From positions 6,065 through 70,064 of the forward strand of contig JAFSAI010000037.1 of the NCBI GenBank assembly GCA_017441065.1: 64,000 nt of DNA, read 5' to 3'. A program made the position numbers and the translations under genes. The notes below the pieces were generated by a model, which was not told where the DNA came from, made no database searches, and saw only the letters and a list, made by a program, of their open reading frames with translations. Source of the stretch: Bacilli bacterium. GTDB lineage: Bacteria; Bacillota_I; Bacilli_A; RF39; UBA660. Within the stretch, counting starts at the first letter, position 1; every line of letters starts with the position of its first letter. This document shows, in pieces, positions 19,378 through 29,190 of this stretch.

Positions 19378-20205
19378 ATGGAAAAATTTAAAGAAGTTGA
19401 AAGAAGCATTATAAAAAAATTTAGAAAAGATATATGGAGTAGATTTATGTCTTCCATAAGTGATTATAAATTAATTGAAGAAAATGATAATATAATGGTT
19501 TGTATAAGTGGAGGTAAAGATTCATTTTTACTTGCTAAATGTATTCAGGAATTACATCGACATGGTAAAGTTAAATTTACTGCTCATTATGTGTCAATGG
19601 ATCCAGGATATAATAAAGAAAATTATGAAAAAATAATGGAAAATGCTAAACTATTGAATATACCAATTGAAGTTTTTAAAACTGATGTTTTTGAAGTTGC
19701 TAACAAGTTGAATTCTGAAAATCCTTGTTATATGTGCGCAAGAATGAGAAGAGGTCATTTATATAATAAAGCAAAAGAATTGGGATGTAACAAAATAGCA
19801 TTAGGTCATCACTTTGATGATGTTATCGAAACAACACTTTTATCAATGTTCTATGGTGCGGAAGTAAAAACAATGATGCCAAAGTTATATAGTGATAACT
19901 TTGAAGGTATAGAGCTTATTAGACCACTTTATTTAGTTAAAGAAGATGCGATAATTTCTTGGAAAAACTTTAATGAATTAAATTTTTTAAATTGTGCTTG
20001 TAAATTTACTGAGAAATTAGATAATGACACAACAGGTATAAGTAAAAGACAAGAAATGAAAAAATTAATAAAGAAATTAAGAAGTGAAAGAAAAAATATT
20101 GATAATAATATATTTACAGCATTAAATAATATTAATATGAATTGTATTTTAGGATATAAAAAAGATGGGGAATATACTAGTTTTTTAGATAATTATGATA
20201 AATAG
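19378..20205 (+). CDS. PP-loop ATPase, TtcA-like tRNA thiolation enzyme
   Basis: ISGGKDS PP-loop, CYMCARMRRG and LNCACKF cysteine motifs, and GHHFDD. Confidence 0.7.
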   Translation: MEKFKEVERSIIKKFRKDIWSRFMSSISDYKLIEENDNIMVCISGGKDSFLLAKCIQELHRHGKVKFTAHYVSMDPGYNKENYEKIMENAKLLNIPIEVFKTDVFEVANKLNSENPCYMCARMRRGHLYNKAKELGCNKIALGHHFDDVIETTLLSMFYGAEVKTMMPKLYSDNFEGIELIRPLYLVKEDAIISWKNFNELNFLNCACKFTEKLDNDTTGISKRQEMKKLIKKLRSERKNIDNNIFTALNNINMNCILGYKKDGEYTSFLDNYDK

Positions 20206-20273
20206 ATAATAGAGAAAAAGAACTTAATGTTCTTTTTATTTAGTATGTGGTATAATTTATGCAGGTGGTTTTT

Positions 20274-21023
20274 ATGCTAAAACTAGAAAATTTAAAATTA
20301 AGTATAGATGAAAAAATTTTATTTGAAAATTTGAATTTAGAAGTTAATGCTGGTGAAATACATGTCTTAATGGGAAAAAATGGTGTAGGTAAAAGTAGTA
20401 TTGCCAAAGCTATTATAGGAGATCCAAATTATCAAGTAGAAGGTAATATTTTTTTTGATGAAAATAATATAACAAATTTAGATATATATGAAAGAGCAAA
20501 AAAAGGAATATATTTACTTAATCAAAGTCCTATTCAGATTGAAGGAATAACAAATGCAGAAATGTTAAGAGCGGCATTAAGTGAAAAAACAGGCAAAGGT
20601 ATTAATATTTTTGAATTTAATAAAGAATTAGAAATAATATGTCAAAAATTAGAGTTAGATAAAAGCTTTATTCATAGAGAAATTAATGTTGGATGTTCAG
20701 GTGGAGAAAGAAAAAAAGTTGAACTATTACATATGTGGATGTTAAAACCAAGTTTAATTATTTTAGATGAAGTTGATTCTGGCCTTGATGTTGATGCAAT
20801 TAAATTAGTTGCAAATTCTATTAAAGAGTATTTTGAAGAATATAATCCAGGAATATTAATAATTACTCATTCTATCACTTTAATTAATACTTTTGATGAT
20901 TATAAAGTTCATTTATTAGACGATAAAAAATTAATTAAATCAGGTAATAAGGAACTAGCAAACGAAGTATTAAATAAAGGATTTAAAGAATTATCTAATA
21001 CATTTGTTATAAGTGAGAATTAG
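20274..21023 (+). CDS. sufC: Fe-S cluster assembly ATPase SufC
   Basis: Walker A GKNGVGKSS, signature CSGGERKK, Walker B LIILDEVDSGLD. I chose the ATG at 20274, 5 nt after AGGTGG, instead of 20259. Confidence 0.85.
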   Translation: MLKLENLKLSIDEKILFENLNLEVNAGEIHVLMGKNGVGKSSIAKAIIGDPNYQVEGNIFFDENNITNLDIYERAKKGIYLLNQSPIQIEGITNAEMLRAALSEKTGKGINIFEFNKELEIICQKLELDKSFIHREINVGCSGGERKKVELLHMWMLKPSLIILDEVDSGLDVDAIKLVANSIKEYFEEYNPGILIITHSITLINTFDDYKVHLLDDKKLIKSGNKELANEVLNKGFKELSNTFVISEN

Positions 21024-21027
21024 AATT

Positions 21028-21681
21028 ATGAATAAGTTATTAGTGAGTGATATTATAGATTTAAATACTGGTGATTATATTTTAGAATGTAAAAATAAAA
21101 AATTAAATATTAATATAAAAGGAGAAGTTACATTATATTTAAAAAATCAAATATTAAATGAATTGAATATAAAAATAGCTGATAACAGTATATTAAATAT
21201 TTATCAGTTTAATAATAAAATGGAAAGTAACTTAATTGTTAATATTAATCAGAATAATAATTCTAAGTTAAATTATAATCAATCAATTATAAATGAATTA
21301 GAAAATAATTTGATAATTAATAATTACATTAAAGGAAATAATAATGAATCAAAAATAAATATTAGAAATATTTGTGAAGATAATGAAAGTAAAATAATAG
21401 TTAATGTTGAAATCGAAAAGGATACAATAAATAATATCGCGTTAGAAGATTTAAAAGGAATCAATAATAGCGGATTCATTCATATTGAACCTAATATAGT
21501 TTGTTTAAGTAATGATGTAATAGCAAATCATTTAACAACAATAGGTAGTTTTGATCAAGAAGTATTACATTATTTAATGAGTAAAGGTATTACATTAAAT
21601 ATAGCAAAAATATTATTGAAAAAAGGATTTATATATAGTAATATGAATGAATATTTTAAAAAGAATTTTGGAGGTGAATAA
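21028..21681 (+). CDS. Short SufB/SufD-family protein (about 217 aa)
   Basis: The C-terminal segment ANHLTTIGSFDQEVLHYLMSKGITLNIAKILLKKGF is the SufB/D signature (H-x-atvg-x-d-x-e-x-l-FYL-x-sRG). It is about half the usual SufD length and the N-terminal part is N/I-rich. I chose the ATG at 21028. Confidence 0.6.
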   Translation: MNKLLVSDIIDLNTGDYILECKNKKLNINIKGEVTLYLKNQILNELNIKIADNSILNIYQFNNKMESNLIVNINQNNNSKLNYNQSIINELENNLIINNYIKGNNNESKINIRNICEDNESKIIVNVEIEKDTINNIALEDLKGINNSGFIHIEPNIVCLSNDVIANHLTTIGSFDQEVLHYLMSKGITLNIAKILLKKGFIYSNMNEYFKKNFGGE

Positions 21682-22878
21682 ATGCATAGAGAAGACTTTC
21701 CAATGCTTAAGCAAGATATAATTTATTTAGATAATGGGGCAACTAGTTTAAAACCACAATCAGTAATTGATAAAGTTGTTGATTATTATGAAAACTATAG
21801 CGCTAATGCTCATAGGGGAGACTATGATATTTCATTTAAAGTGGATTTAGAATACGAAAATGTTAGAGATTTAGTAAAAGATTTTATTGGTGCAAAAATG
21901 AAAGAAGAAATAGTTTTTACTAGTGGTACAACAGATAGTATTAATTTAATAGTAAATGGTTTCTTTTTAAATAATTTAGAAAGAGGAGATGAAATCTTAC
22001 TTACAAAAATGGAACATGCTTCAAATATTATGCCGTGGTTTAGAGTGGCTGGAGAAACTGGAGCAATAATAAAATATATTCCTCTTGATGATAATAATTT
22101 TGTAACGTTAGATAATATAAAAAAGAGTATAACACCAAATACTAAAGTAATTAGTTTAGCAGAAATTACTAACGTAGTAGGAGATATTAGACCTATTAAA
22201 GAAATTTGTGAATTTGCTCATGAAAGAGACATATTTGTAGTAGTTGATGGTGCTCAAAGCGTTCCACATAAAAAGATAAATGTTACTGATACAGATGTGG
22301 ATTTCTTAGCTTTTTCTGCTCATAAAATGTTAGGTCCTACTGGAGTTGGTGTATTGTATGCTAAGTATGAGCTAATGCAAAATATTGAGCCAATAAATTT
22401 AGGTGGAGGAATGAATGAATCATTTGATACTCCTGAAAAAATGGTATTAAAAGATGTTCCAACTAGACTTGAAGCTGGTACACCAAATATAGCTGGAGTT
22501 ATTGGTTTTGGTGAAGCAATTAAATATTTAAATAAAATTGGAATGGACAATATAGAAAAATATGAAAAAAATTTACGAGAATATTTAATTGAAAAGTTAG
22601 TTAGCATTCCTCACATTGATATTTTAAATTTAGAATCAGATTCCGGTATAGTAGCATTCAACATTGAAGGAATATTTTCAGAAGATGTGGCTTATTACCT
22701 AAATAAATATGGAGTATGTGTACGTGCTGGTAATCATTGTGCAAAACTTACAAAAGATGTTTTAGGAGTTGCTAATTCTCTAAGAGTAAGTTTATACTTC
22801 TATAATACTGAAAGTGAAATAGACAGTTTAGTAGATTTATTAAAAGATAAAGATAAAATTAGAAATGAGATGTTTTAA
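21682..22878 (+). CDS. sufS: Cysteine desulfurase SufS
   Basis: PLP lysine FSAHKMLGPTG and the catalytic loop VRAGNHCAKL. Confidence 0.85.
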   Translation: MHREDFPMLKQDIIYLDNGATSLKPQSVIDKVVDYYENYSANAHRGDYDISFKVDLEYENVRDLVKDFIGAKMKEEIVFTSGTTDSINLIVNGFFLNNLERGDEILLTKMEHASNIMPWFRVAGETGAIIKYIPLDDNNFVTLDNIKKSITPNTKVISLAEITNVVGDIRPIKEICEFAHERDIFVVVDGAQSVPHKKINVTDTDVDFLAFSAHKMLGPTGVGVLYAKYELMQNIEPINLGGGMNESFDTPEKMVLKDVPTRLEAGTPNIAGVIGFGEAIKYLNKIGMDNIEKYEKNLREYLIEKLVSIPHIDILNLESDSGIVAFNIEGIFSEDVAYYLNKYGVCVRAGNHCAKLTKDVLGVANSLRVSLYFYNTESEIDSLVDLLKDKDKIRNEMF

Positions 22879-23306
22879 TGGATAATGAACTAAAAAGAGA
22901 AATAATTTTAGAACATTTTCAAAATCCAGTAAATAAAGAAGAAGTTCTAGATAAAAAATATAATAAAATTAATACTAGAAATCCTAATTGTATAGATAAT
23001 TTAGATATATATGTTTTAATTGAAGAAAGTATTATAAAAGATATAAAATTTACGGGAGAAGCATGTGCTATCTCAACTGCATCAACATCAATCATGATAA
23101 AAAATTTAATTGGTAAAAATATAGTTGATGCTAAAGAATATATAAATAATTTTTATAATATGACAAATGAAGAAGAATATAATGAAAATCTATTAAATGA
23201 AGGAATTGCCTTTTCAGAAATATATAAACAAAGTAATCGTAAAAACTGTGTTTTACTTCCATATAAAGGAATTTTAAAAGCAATTGAAGAATATGAAGAA
23301 AAATAG
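22878..23306 (+). CDS. sufU: SufU/IscU-like sulfur acceptor/scaffold
   Basis: HFQNP...NPNCID...GEACAISTASTS...NRKNCVLLPY shows the three conserved Cys. Confidence 0.8.
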   Translation: MDNELKREIILEHFQNPVNKEEVLDKKYNKINTRNPNCIDNLDIYVLIEESIIKDIKFTGEACAISTASTSIMIKNLIGKNIVDAKEYINNFYNMTNEEEYNENLLNEGIAFSEIYKQSNRKNCVLLPYKGILKAIEEYEEK

Positions 23307-23844
23307 TTTAATAATTATATTAATACTAATAATTATTGGTTTAATAGGTTATATCATTTTTGATAAATATCAAAATGATGAAGATAACATTCAAGAAGAA
23401 ACTATAACTTTAGTGGATAACATAAATTTAGATTATGTAGATATATATTTAACAAGTGATGGAATCGCTTATATAAAGCCAATTAATAATGAAGAAATTA
23501 ATAATTTAAAAGTGAATAATAATTTAAAAGATAGATTAAATACATTATATGATAGGGCTTTTTATTTTGATATTTATATAGATAACTATAAATTAAAAGG
23601 TTTTAAAATTAAATTAGATAGTGATATTGAAAAGATAAGAAAAGTAGAAATAGATAATAATTATTATGTTGTTTTTATTAAAGATAATAATACAATAGGT
23701 TTATTCAATTATTTAGAATATTATGATTTATTATATACAAAAGTAGAAGATAATTATAATGATTTAAAAAATGTTTTGGATTTGAAAAATAATAAAATAA
23801 TATATCTAGATGGAAGTAGTGAAGCATTTGAATTAAAGAAGTAA
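23284..23844 (+). CDS. N-terminally anchored protein of unknown function
   Basis: One TM segment (LIIILILIIIGLIGYIIF) followed by a 150-aa extracytoplasmic domain. It occupies the position where sufB is normally found. Confidence 0.5.
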   Translation: MKNMKKNSLIIILILIIIGLIGYIIFDKYQNDEDNIQEETITLVDNINLDYVDIYLTSDGIAYIKPINNEEINNLKVNNNLKDRLNTLYDRAFYFDIYIDNYKLKGFKIKLDSDIEKIRKVEIDNNYYVVFIKDNNTIGLFNYLEYYDLLYTKVEDNYNDLKNVLDLKNNKIIYLDGSSEAFELKK

Positions 23845-23945
23845 TATACTTCTTTTTTATTTACAAATTATTAACATTTCATTTGACTTTAAGTATAAAA
23901 TAACTTAATATAAAAATAGTTGGAAATTAGATTGTGGGGGAATAT

Positions 23946-25817
23946 ATGAAATCAAGATTAGAAATTGAACAACAACTACACTTAAGAGAGAATGCTATAC
24001 ATAATATAGGAAAAACTGGATATCCTCATTTAGATAAAAGTCACTTACAATTTTATAGTGAAAATAATATTATTTTAGATGAATTACCAGAAACATCTAT
24101 GTATGCTGCTTTATATCAAAGTATTTGTAAAAATGGTACAGAATCAGTAGCTATTGAATATTTTGGAAGAAAAATTACTTATGGAGAATTTTTATCTAGA
24201 ATTACAGAATATGCTGATACTTTCCAAAATATAGGAATAGAAAGAGGAGAAGTAGTAAGCATTGCTGCGCCAAACTTACCGGAGATTTTTTATGCAATCT
24301 ATGCTCTTAATAAAATTGGTGCTGTAGCAAATTTAATTGATCCAAGAAATAATTTAGATAGAATTAAACAATTTATAAATCAAGCTGATTCAAAAAGATT
24401 AATTATGATTGATTTAGCATATCCTAAAATTGATAGAATAATAAAAGATACAAAGTTAGAAACTGTTTATACAGTGTCTGCAGCAGATTCGCTTCCGCTT
24501 GGACTTAATTATATTCAAAGAGCTAAAACTGTTGTAGAAAATCATCGAAAAGGACTTGCTAATTGTCCTAAAAATGATACTTATGTACCTCTTACTCAAG
24601 TAGTATCAGAATATAAAAAGAGAAGTGGAATAAGTTATACATCAATTCCAGAAGAGTTATACTGTGAAGAAAAGAGAAAAGATGAAATTGCTATTATAGT
24701 AAATACATCTGGTACAACAGGAACTCCAAAAGGTGTAATGTTAACAAACGAAAACTTAAATGCGGTAGCATATGATTACTTATATTCAGGTATGGAATAT
24801 GAAGTAGGAGATGGATTCTTAGGTATAATGCCAAATTTCTTAGCATATGGTATTGGTGTTGGAACTCATATGACATTTATCTTAGGACTTAAAAACATTA
24901 TTATTCCTGCTCTAAAAGCAGAAGAATTTGGTAAATTAATTAGAAAACATAAACCAGCTCACTTTGCAGGAGTACCAAATCATTATCAATATTTAATGGA
25001 TGATCCAAAAATGGAAGGTGTTGATTTATCATTTATTAAAACACCAGCAGCAGGTGGAATGGCATTTGATCCAGAATTAAAAAGAAAAACTAATGAATTC
25101 TTAGCAAGACATAATTGTAGTAGTAAAATTAAAGTTGGTTACGGATGTTCAGAAAATACAGGTATGGCATCTTCTCAATTCCATGTTGGTGAATCAACTC
25201 CTGAAAATGATTTACAAACAGTAGGAATACCAGCTTTCTATACAACATTTAGAGTTGTATCACCAGAAACTGGAGAAGACTTAAAATATAATCAAGATGG
25301 AGAAATATTATTATCTGGAAAAGGTGTAATGGCAGGTTATATTGATAATCCAGAAGAAACTAATAAAGTTATTGAAGTAATTGATGGAGAACGTCATTTA
25401 CATACAGGGGATATTGGTCATATTGATGAAAATGGTTGTATATATGTAGTTGATAGAATAAAGAGAATCATAATAAGACCTGATGGTCATAATGTATTCC
25501 CAAGTTATATAGAAAATGTTTGTACTAAACATCCATCTGTTAAAGCTTGTACATGTGTTGGTGTTAAAGATGTAACTCATGTTAATGGTCAAGCTCCAGT
25601 AGCATTTATAGTTATTGAAGAAGGTCATGAAGCTGAAGTTGAACAAATAATTGCAGAACTTGAAACAATGAGTTTAGATTCACTTCCAGAAAGAGATGTT
25701 GCCCTTGACTATGTTGTTATCGAAAATATGCCAATGACTCCAGCTGGAAAAGTAGACTATTTAGCACTTGAAACAATGTATGAATATAATCCATTAACAA
25801 GAAATAGAAAAAGATAG
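23946..25817 (+). CDS. AMP-forming acyl-CoA/acyl-carrier ligase (ANL superfamily)
   Basis: AMP-binding motifs [25 protein letters not shown] and PAGKVDY. I chose the ATG at 23946 after GGGGGAA. Confidence 0.8.
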   Translation: MKSRLEIEQQLHLRENAIHNIGKTGYPHLDKSHLQFYSENNIILDELPETSMYAALYQSICKNGTESVAIEYFGRKITYGEFLSRITEYADTFQNIGIERGEVVSIAAPNLPEIFYAIYALNKIGAVANLIDPRNNLDRIKQFINQADSKRLIMIDLAYPKIDRIIKDTKLETVYTVSAADSLPLGLNYIQRAKTVVENHRKGLANCPKNDTYVPLTQVVSEYKKRSGISYTSIPEELYCEEKRKDEIAIIVNTSGTTGTPKGVMLTNENLNAVAYDYLYSGMEYEVGDGFLGIMPNFLAYGIGVGTHMTFILGLKNIIIPALKAEEFGKLIRKHKPAHFAGVPNHYQYLMDDPKMEGVDLSFIKTPAAGGMAFDPELKRKTNEFLARHNCSSKIKVGYGCSENTGMASSQFHVGESTPENDLQTVGIPAFYTTFRVVSPETGEDLKYNQDGEILLSGKGVMAGYIDNPEETNKVIEVIDGERHLHTGDIGHIDENGCIYVVDRIKRIIIRPDGHNVFPSYIENVCTKHPSVKACTCVGVKDVTHVNGQAPVAFIVIEEGHEAEVEQIIAELETMSLDSLPERDVALDYVVIENMPMTPAGKVDYLALETMYEYNPLTRNRKR

Positions 25818-25867
25818 TTAATATCTTTTTTTTATGCTATAATTTTTATGATAGTAGGTGGTTAATA

Positions 25868-27703
25868 GTGCGTGGTAATTTTTTTACAATTTGTAGTGCT
25901 TTTTATATATTGTTATTATTAGTAGTATTCTTTTCTAAAAAGAGATTGAGTTCAATAGAAAACAAAATATATTCTTGGTTAATAGTAACAAACTTCTTTG
26001 GAGTGATATTAGCTATATTTAGTTATATGTTAATGCTCGATGCTGAAAATTTTGGTATATTTTGTGACATTGTTAATAAAACATATTTATTGTATTTAGT
26101 AACTTGGATAACACTATTTTCAATTTATGTATTTATCATTGCGTATAATTCTAGAAAATTATCAACTAAAGAATTAGTTAAAAAATACAAAAGTGTATTT
26201 CGTAATTGTGGGATAGCTTATATTATTTCAGCAATTTTAGTTTACGTATTACCTTTACATTATAATGTAAAGGGAGCTGCTGTATATTCTTATGGGACAG
26301 CAACAAAATTCATTTCATTGTTATCAACAATTTATATGATACTTTGGGTTTATGCGCTTCTTAGAAATTTTAGAAACATTAAGAAAACAAAATATATGCC
26401 AATACTTATATATATAGCCAGTAGTGGTGTAGTATTACTTATTCAAAATATGTATCCAGAATTATTATTAATTACAGCATTAGAAACATTTATAACATTC
26501 TTAATGTATTTTACAATTGAAAATCCAGATTTAACATTAATTAAAGAATTAAATATTGCTAAAGATCAAGCAGAAAAAGCTAATAAAGCAAAAACAGACT
26601 TTTTATCAAATATGTCTCACGAAATTAGAACACCATTAAATGCTATTGATGGTTTCAGTCAATTAATTCTTGAAGAAAAAGATATTAAAGTGATTAAAGA
26701 AGAAGCAAGAGATATAATGACTGCTAGTCAAAATTTACTTGAAATAGTTAATGGAATATTAGATATTTCAAAAATTGAAGCTAATAAATTAGAAATTGTA
26801 AATGTGGAATATGAACCACAAAAAATATTTGATGAACTTATAAAATTAACACAAGCAAGAATTGGAGAAAAGCCTCTAGAATTTAGAGTTAATATAGCAG
26901 AAGATTTACCATTATATTTAAATGGTGATTATGTAAGACTTAAACAAATTGCGGTTAATCTTTTAACAAATGCAGTTAAATACACTAAAAATGGCTTTGT
27001 TGAGTTAAATGTAAGTACTGTAAGAAAAGAAAATGTATGTCGTTTAATAATAAGTGTTAAAGATAGTGGTATTGGAATTAAAAAGGAAAATGTAGATAAA
27101 TTATTTACTAAATTTGAAAGATTTGATTTAGAAAAAAATATGACTATTGAAGGAACCGGTTTGGGTTTAGCTATTACTAAAAAATTAGTTGATTTAATGG
27201 GTGGAAAAATAGTAGTAGATTCAACATACGGAAAAGGTTCTACATTTACTGTAGCAATTGACCAAAGAATAGTTAATAAAACAAAAGTTGTTCCTGTTGA
27301 AGCTAAAGTAGTAAAAAAAGTTAATATAAAAGGTAAAAAAATATTAATTGTTGATGATAACTTAATTAATTTGAAAGTTGCAGCAAGATTACTAGAAGGT
27401 TATAAAGTAGAAACTGAATGTGTATCTAGTGGATTTGAATGTCTAAATAAGATAAACGAAGGAATAAAATATGATTTGATTTTAATGGATGACATGATGC
27501 CAAAAATGAGTGGAGTTGAAACTTTTAAAAAGCTAAAACAAATTGAAGGTTTTAATGTTCCAGTAATAGCCCTTACCGCAAATGCTATTGCAGGGATGAA
27601 AGAAAATTATTTAAAAGAAGGATTTAATGACTATATTTCTAAGCCAATTGATAAAAAAGAGTTGGAAAGAGTATTAAAAACGTATTTAAATGCAAAAAAA
27701 TAA
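25868..27703 (+). CDS. Hybrid sensor histidine kinase (6-TM sensor, HisKA, HATPase_c, C-terminal receiver)
   Basis: H-box [16 protein letters not shown] boxes LLTNAVKYT and GTGLGLAI, and a receiver domain ILIVDDN...[13 protein letters not shown]...ISKP. GTG start after AGGTGG. Confidence 0.85.
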   Translation: MRGNFFTICSAFYILLLLVVFFSKKRLSSIENKIYSWLIVTNFFGVILAIFSYMLMLDAENFGIFCDIVNKTYLLYLVTWITLFSIYVFIIAYNSRKLSTKELVKKYKSVFRNCGIAYIISAILVYVLPLHYNVKGAAVYSYGTATKFISLLSTIYMILWVYALLRNFRNIKKTKYMPILIYIASSGVVLLIQNMYPELLLITALETFITFLMYFTIENPDLTLIKELNIAKDQAEKANKAKTDFLSNMSHEIRTPLNAIDGFSQLILEEKDIKVIKEEARDIMTASQNLLEIVNGILDISKIEANKLEIVNVEYEPQKIFDELIKLTQARIGEKPLEFRVNIAEDLPLYLNGDYVRLKQIAVNLLTNAVKYTKNGFVELNVSTVRKENVCRLIISVKDSGIGIKKENVDKLFTKFERFDLEKNMTIEGTGLGLAITKKLVDLMGGKIVVDSTYGKGSTFTVAIDQRIVNKTKVVPVEAKVVKKVNIKGKKILIVDDNLINLKVAARLLEGYKVETECVSSGFECLNKINEGIKYDLILMDDMMPKMSGVETFKKLKQIEGFNVPVIALTANAIAGMKENYLKEGFNDYISKPIDKKELERVLKTYLNAKK

Positions 27704-27742
27704 ATAGTATGATATAATTCTAGTATAGTAAGGAGTGGTTTT

Positions 27743-28099
27743 ATGAGAGATGTAAGTATATTAACCGATAATGGTGTTGATTTAAATAGTGCTTTGGAAT
27801 TATTAGGAGATTTATCATTTTATGATGAAACATTAGAAGCATTCCTAAGCGAAAATGAAGTTAGACTACCAAATATTGAAAAATATAAAAAAGAACAAAA
27901 TATGGAAGATTATGCTATATTAGTTCATGCATTAAAAAGTGATTCGAAATATTTAGGATTCAAATCTTTAGCAGATATTGCTTATGCTCATGAACTTGCT
28001 AGTAAAGCAAATAATGTTGATGAAGTAAATAAAAAATATGATGAATTAGTTAAAGAAGTAGAAAAAGTAACAGAAATAGCTAAAAAATATTTGGGATAA
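27743..28099 (+). CDS. Hpt (histidine phosphotransfer) domain protein
   Basis: 118-aa helical protein with the HALKSDSKYLGF motif (H-x-x-KG-x-s-x-x-lG). Confidence 0.7.
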   Translation: MRDVSILTDNGVDLNSALELLGDLSFYDETLEAFLSENEVRLPNIEKYKKEQNMEDYAILVHALKSDSKYLGFKSLADIAYAHELASKANNVDEVNKKYDELVKEVEKVTEIAKKYLG

Positions 28100-28111
28100 G
28101 GAGAATACAAA

Positions 28112-28498
28112 ATGAAGAAAAAAATATTAGTTGCAGATGATTCAAAAATTATTAGTAACATTGTTGATCGTGCTTTTAGAGATGACTATGAAGTAGTTGT
28201 AGCATATAATGGTAGAGAAGCAATAGATATTATAAGAAATAATGTTGATGATTCAATTTTAGGTGTATTACTAGATTTAAATATGCCAGAAGTTGATGGA
28301 TTTGCAGTATTAGATTATTTCAAAGAGAATAATTTATTTAAAAGAATTCCAGTATGTATAATAACTGGAGATGTTCAAAAAGATAGAATTGATCGTGCAT
28401 TTAATTATGATATTGTTGATGTGCTTGCTAAACCATTTACATTTGATAATGTAAGAGAAGAAGTAGAAAAGATAATTAGTCTAAGTTCAATAAGATAA
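28112..28498 (+). CDS. Stand-alone receiver-domain response regulator (no output domain)
   Basis: ILVADDS...[11 protein letters not shown]...LAKPF. 128 aa. Confidence 0.8.
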   Translation: MKKKILVADDSKIISNIVDRAFRDDYEVVVAYNGREAIDIIRNNVDDSILGVLLDLNMPEVDGFAVLDYFKENNLFKRIPVCIITGDVQKDRIDRAFNYDIVDVLAKPFTFDNVREEVEKIISLSSIR

Positions 28499-29151
28499 TG
28501 GATTTACAAGTTTTAAGAAATTTATCGTATGGGATGTATATTATAAGTACATCCTTTAATAATGAATTAGCAGGATGTGTTGTTAACACTGTAGTTCAAA
28601 TAACTTCTTCTAATCCAATTATTGCAGTAAGTGTTAATAAAAATAATTATACAAATACAATATTAAAGCAAAGCAAAAGAATGGCAATATCAATTTTATC
28701 TACAGAAACCAGTAAAGAAACAATTACTAACTTTGGATTTTATTCACAAAGAAATGTTAATAAATTTAAAGATAATTATGAATTAATTAATGAAGTGCCA
28801 ATTATTAAAGATAATTTATGTGGCTATTTAATAGGTGATATTATAGATATAATAGAAGCTGAATCTCATGATATATTTTTAATGAGATTAACAAATAGCA
28901 AAAATATAAGCGATAAAAATCCAATGACATATGAATATTATCAAACTAATTTAAAAGGTAAGTCATCTATAAATGCACCAACATTTATTGAAGAAAAAGT
29001 AGAGAATAGCAGTTCTAATAAATATCGTTGTATTATATGTGGTCATATTTATGATGATTCTAAAGAACAAGTAAAATTTGAAGATTTACCTGATGATTGG
29101 AAATGTCCAGTTTGTGGAGTATCAAAAGATAAATTTGAAAAAATAAATTAA
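28498..29151 (+). CDS. Flavin reductase-like domain fused to a C-terminal rubredoxin (high-molecular-weight rubredoxin type)
   Basis: N-terminal [10 protein letters not shown]...AGCVVNTV resembles a flavin reductase domain. The C-terminal segment [10 protein letters not shown]...[13 protein letters not shown] is a rubredoxin knuckle pair. The ATG overlaps the TAA of the receiver gene. Confidence 0.7.
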   Translation: MDLQVLRNLSYGMYIISTSFNNELAGCVVNTVVQITSSNPIIAVSVNKNNYTNTILKQSKRMAISILSTETSKETITNFGFYSQRNVNKFKDNYELINEVPIIKDNLCGYLIGDIIDIIEAESHDIFLMRLTNSKNISDKNPMTYEYYQTNLKGKSSINAPTFIEEKVENSSSNKYRCIICGHIYDDSKEQVKFEDLPDDWKCPVCGVSKDKFEKIN

Positions 29152-29188
29152 AAAAACTGATAATTTTTATTTTATCAGTTTTTTTATG
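29152..29188. terminator. Bidirectional terminator between convergent genes
   Basis: aaaactgataa/ttatcagtttt hairpin flanked by A- and T-runs. Confidence 0.65.
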
Positions 29189-29190
29189 TT

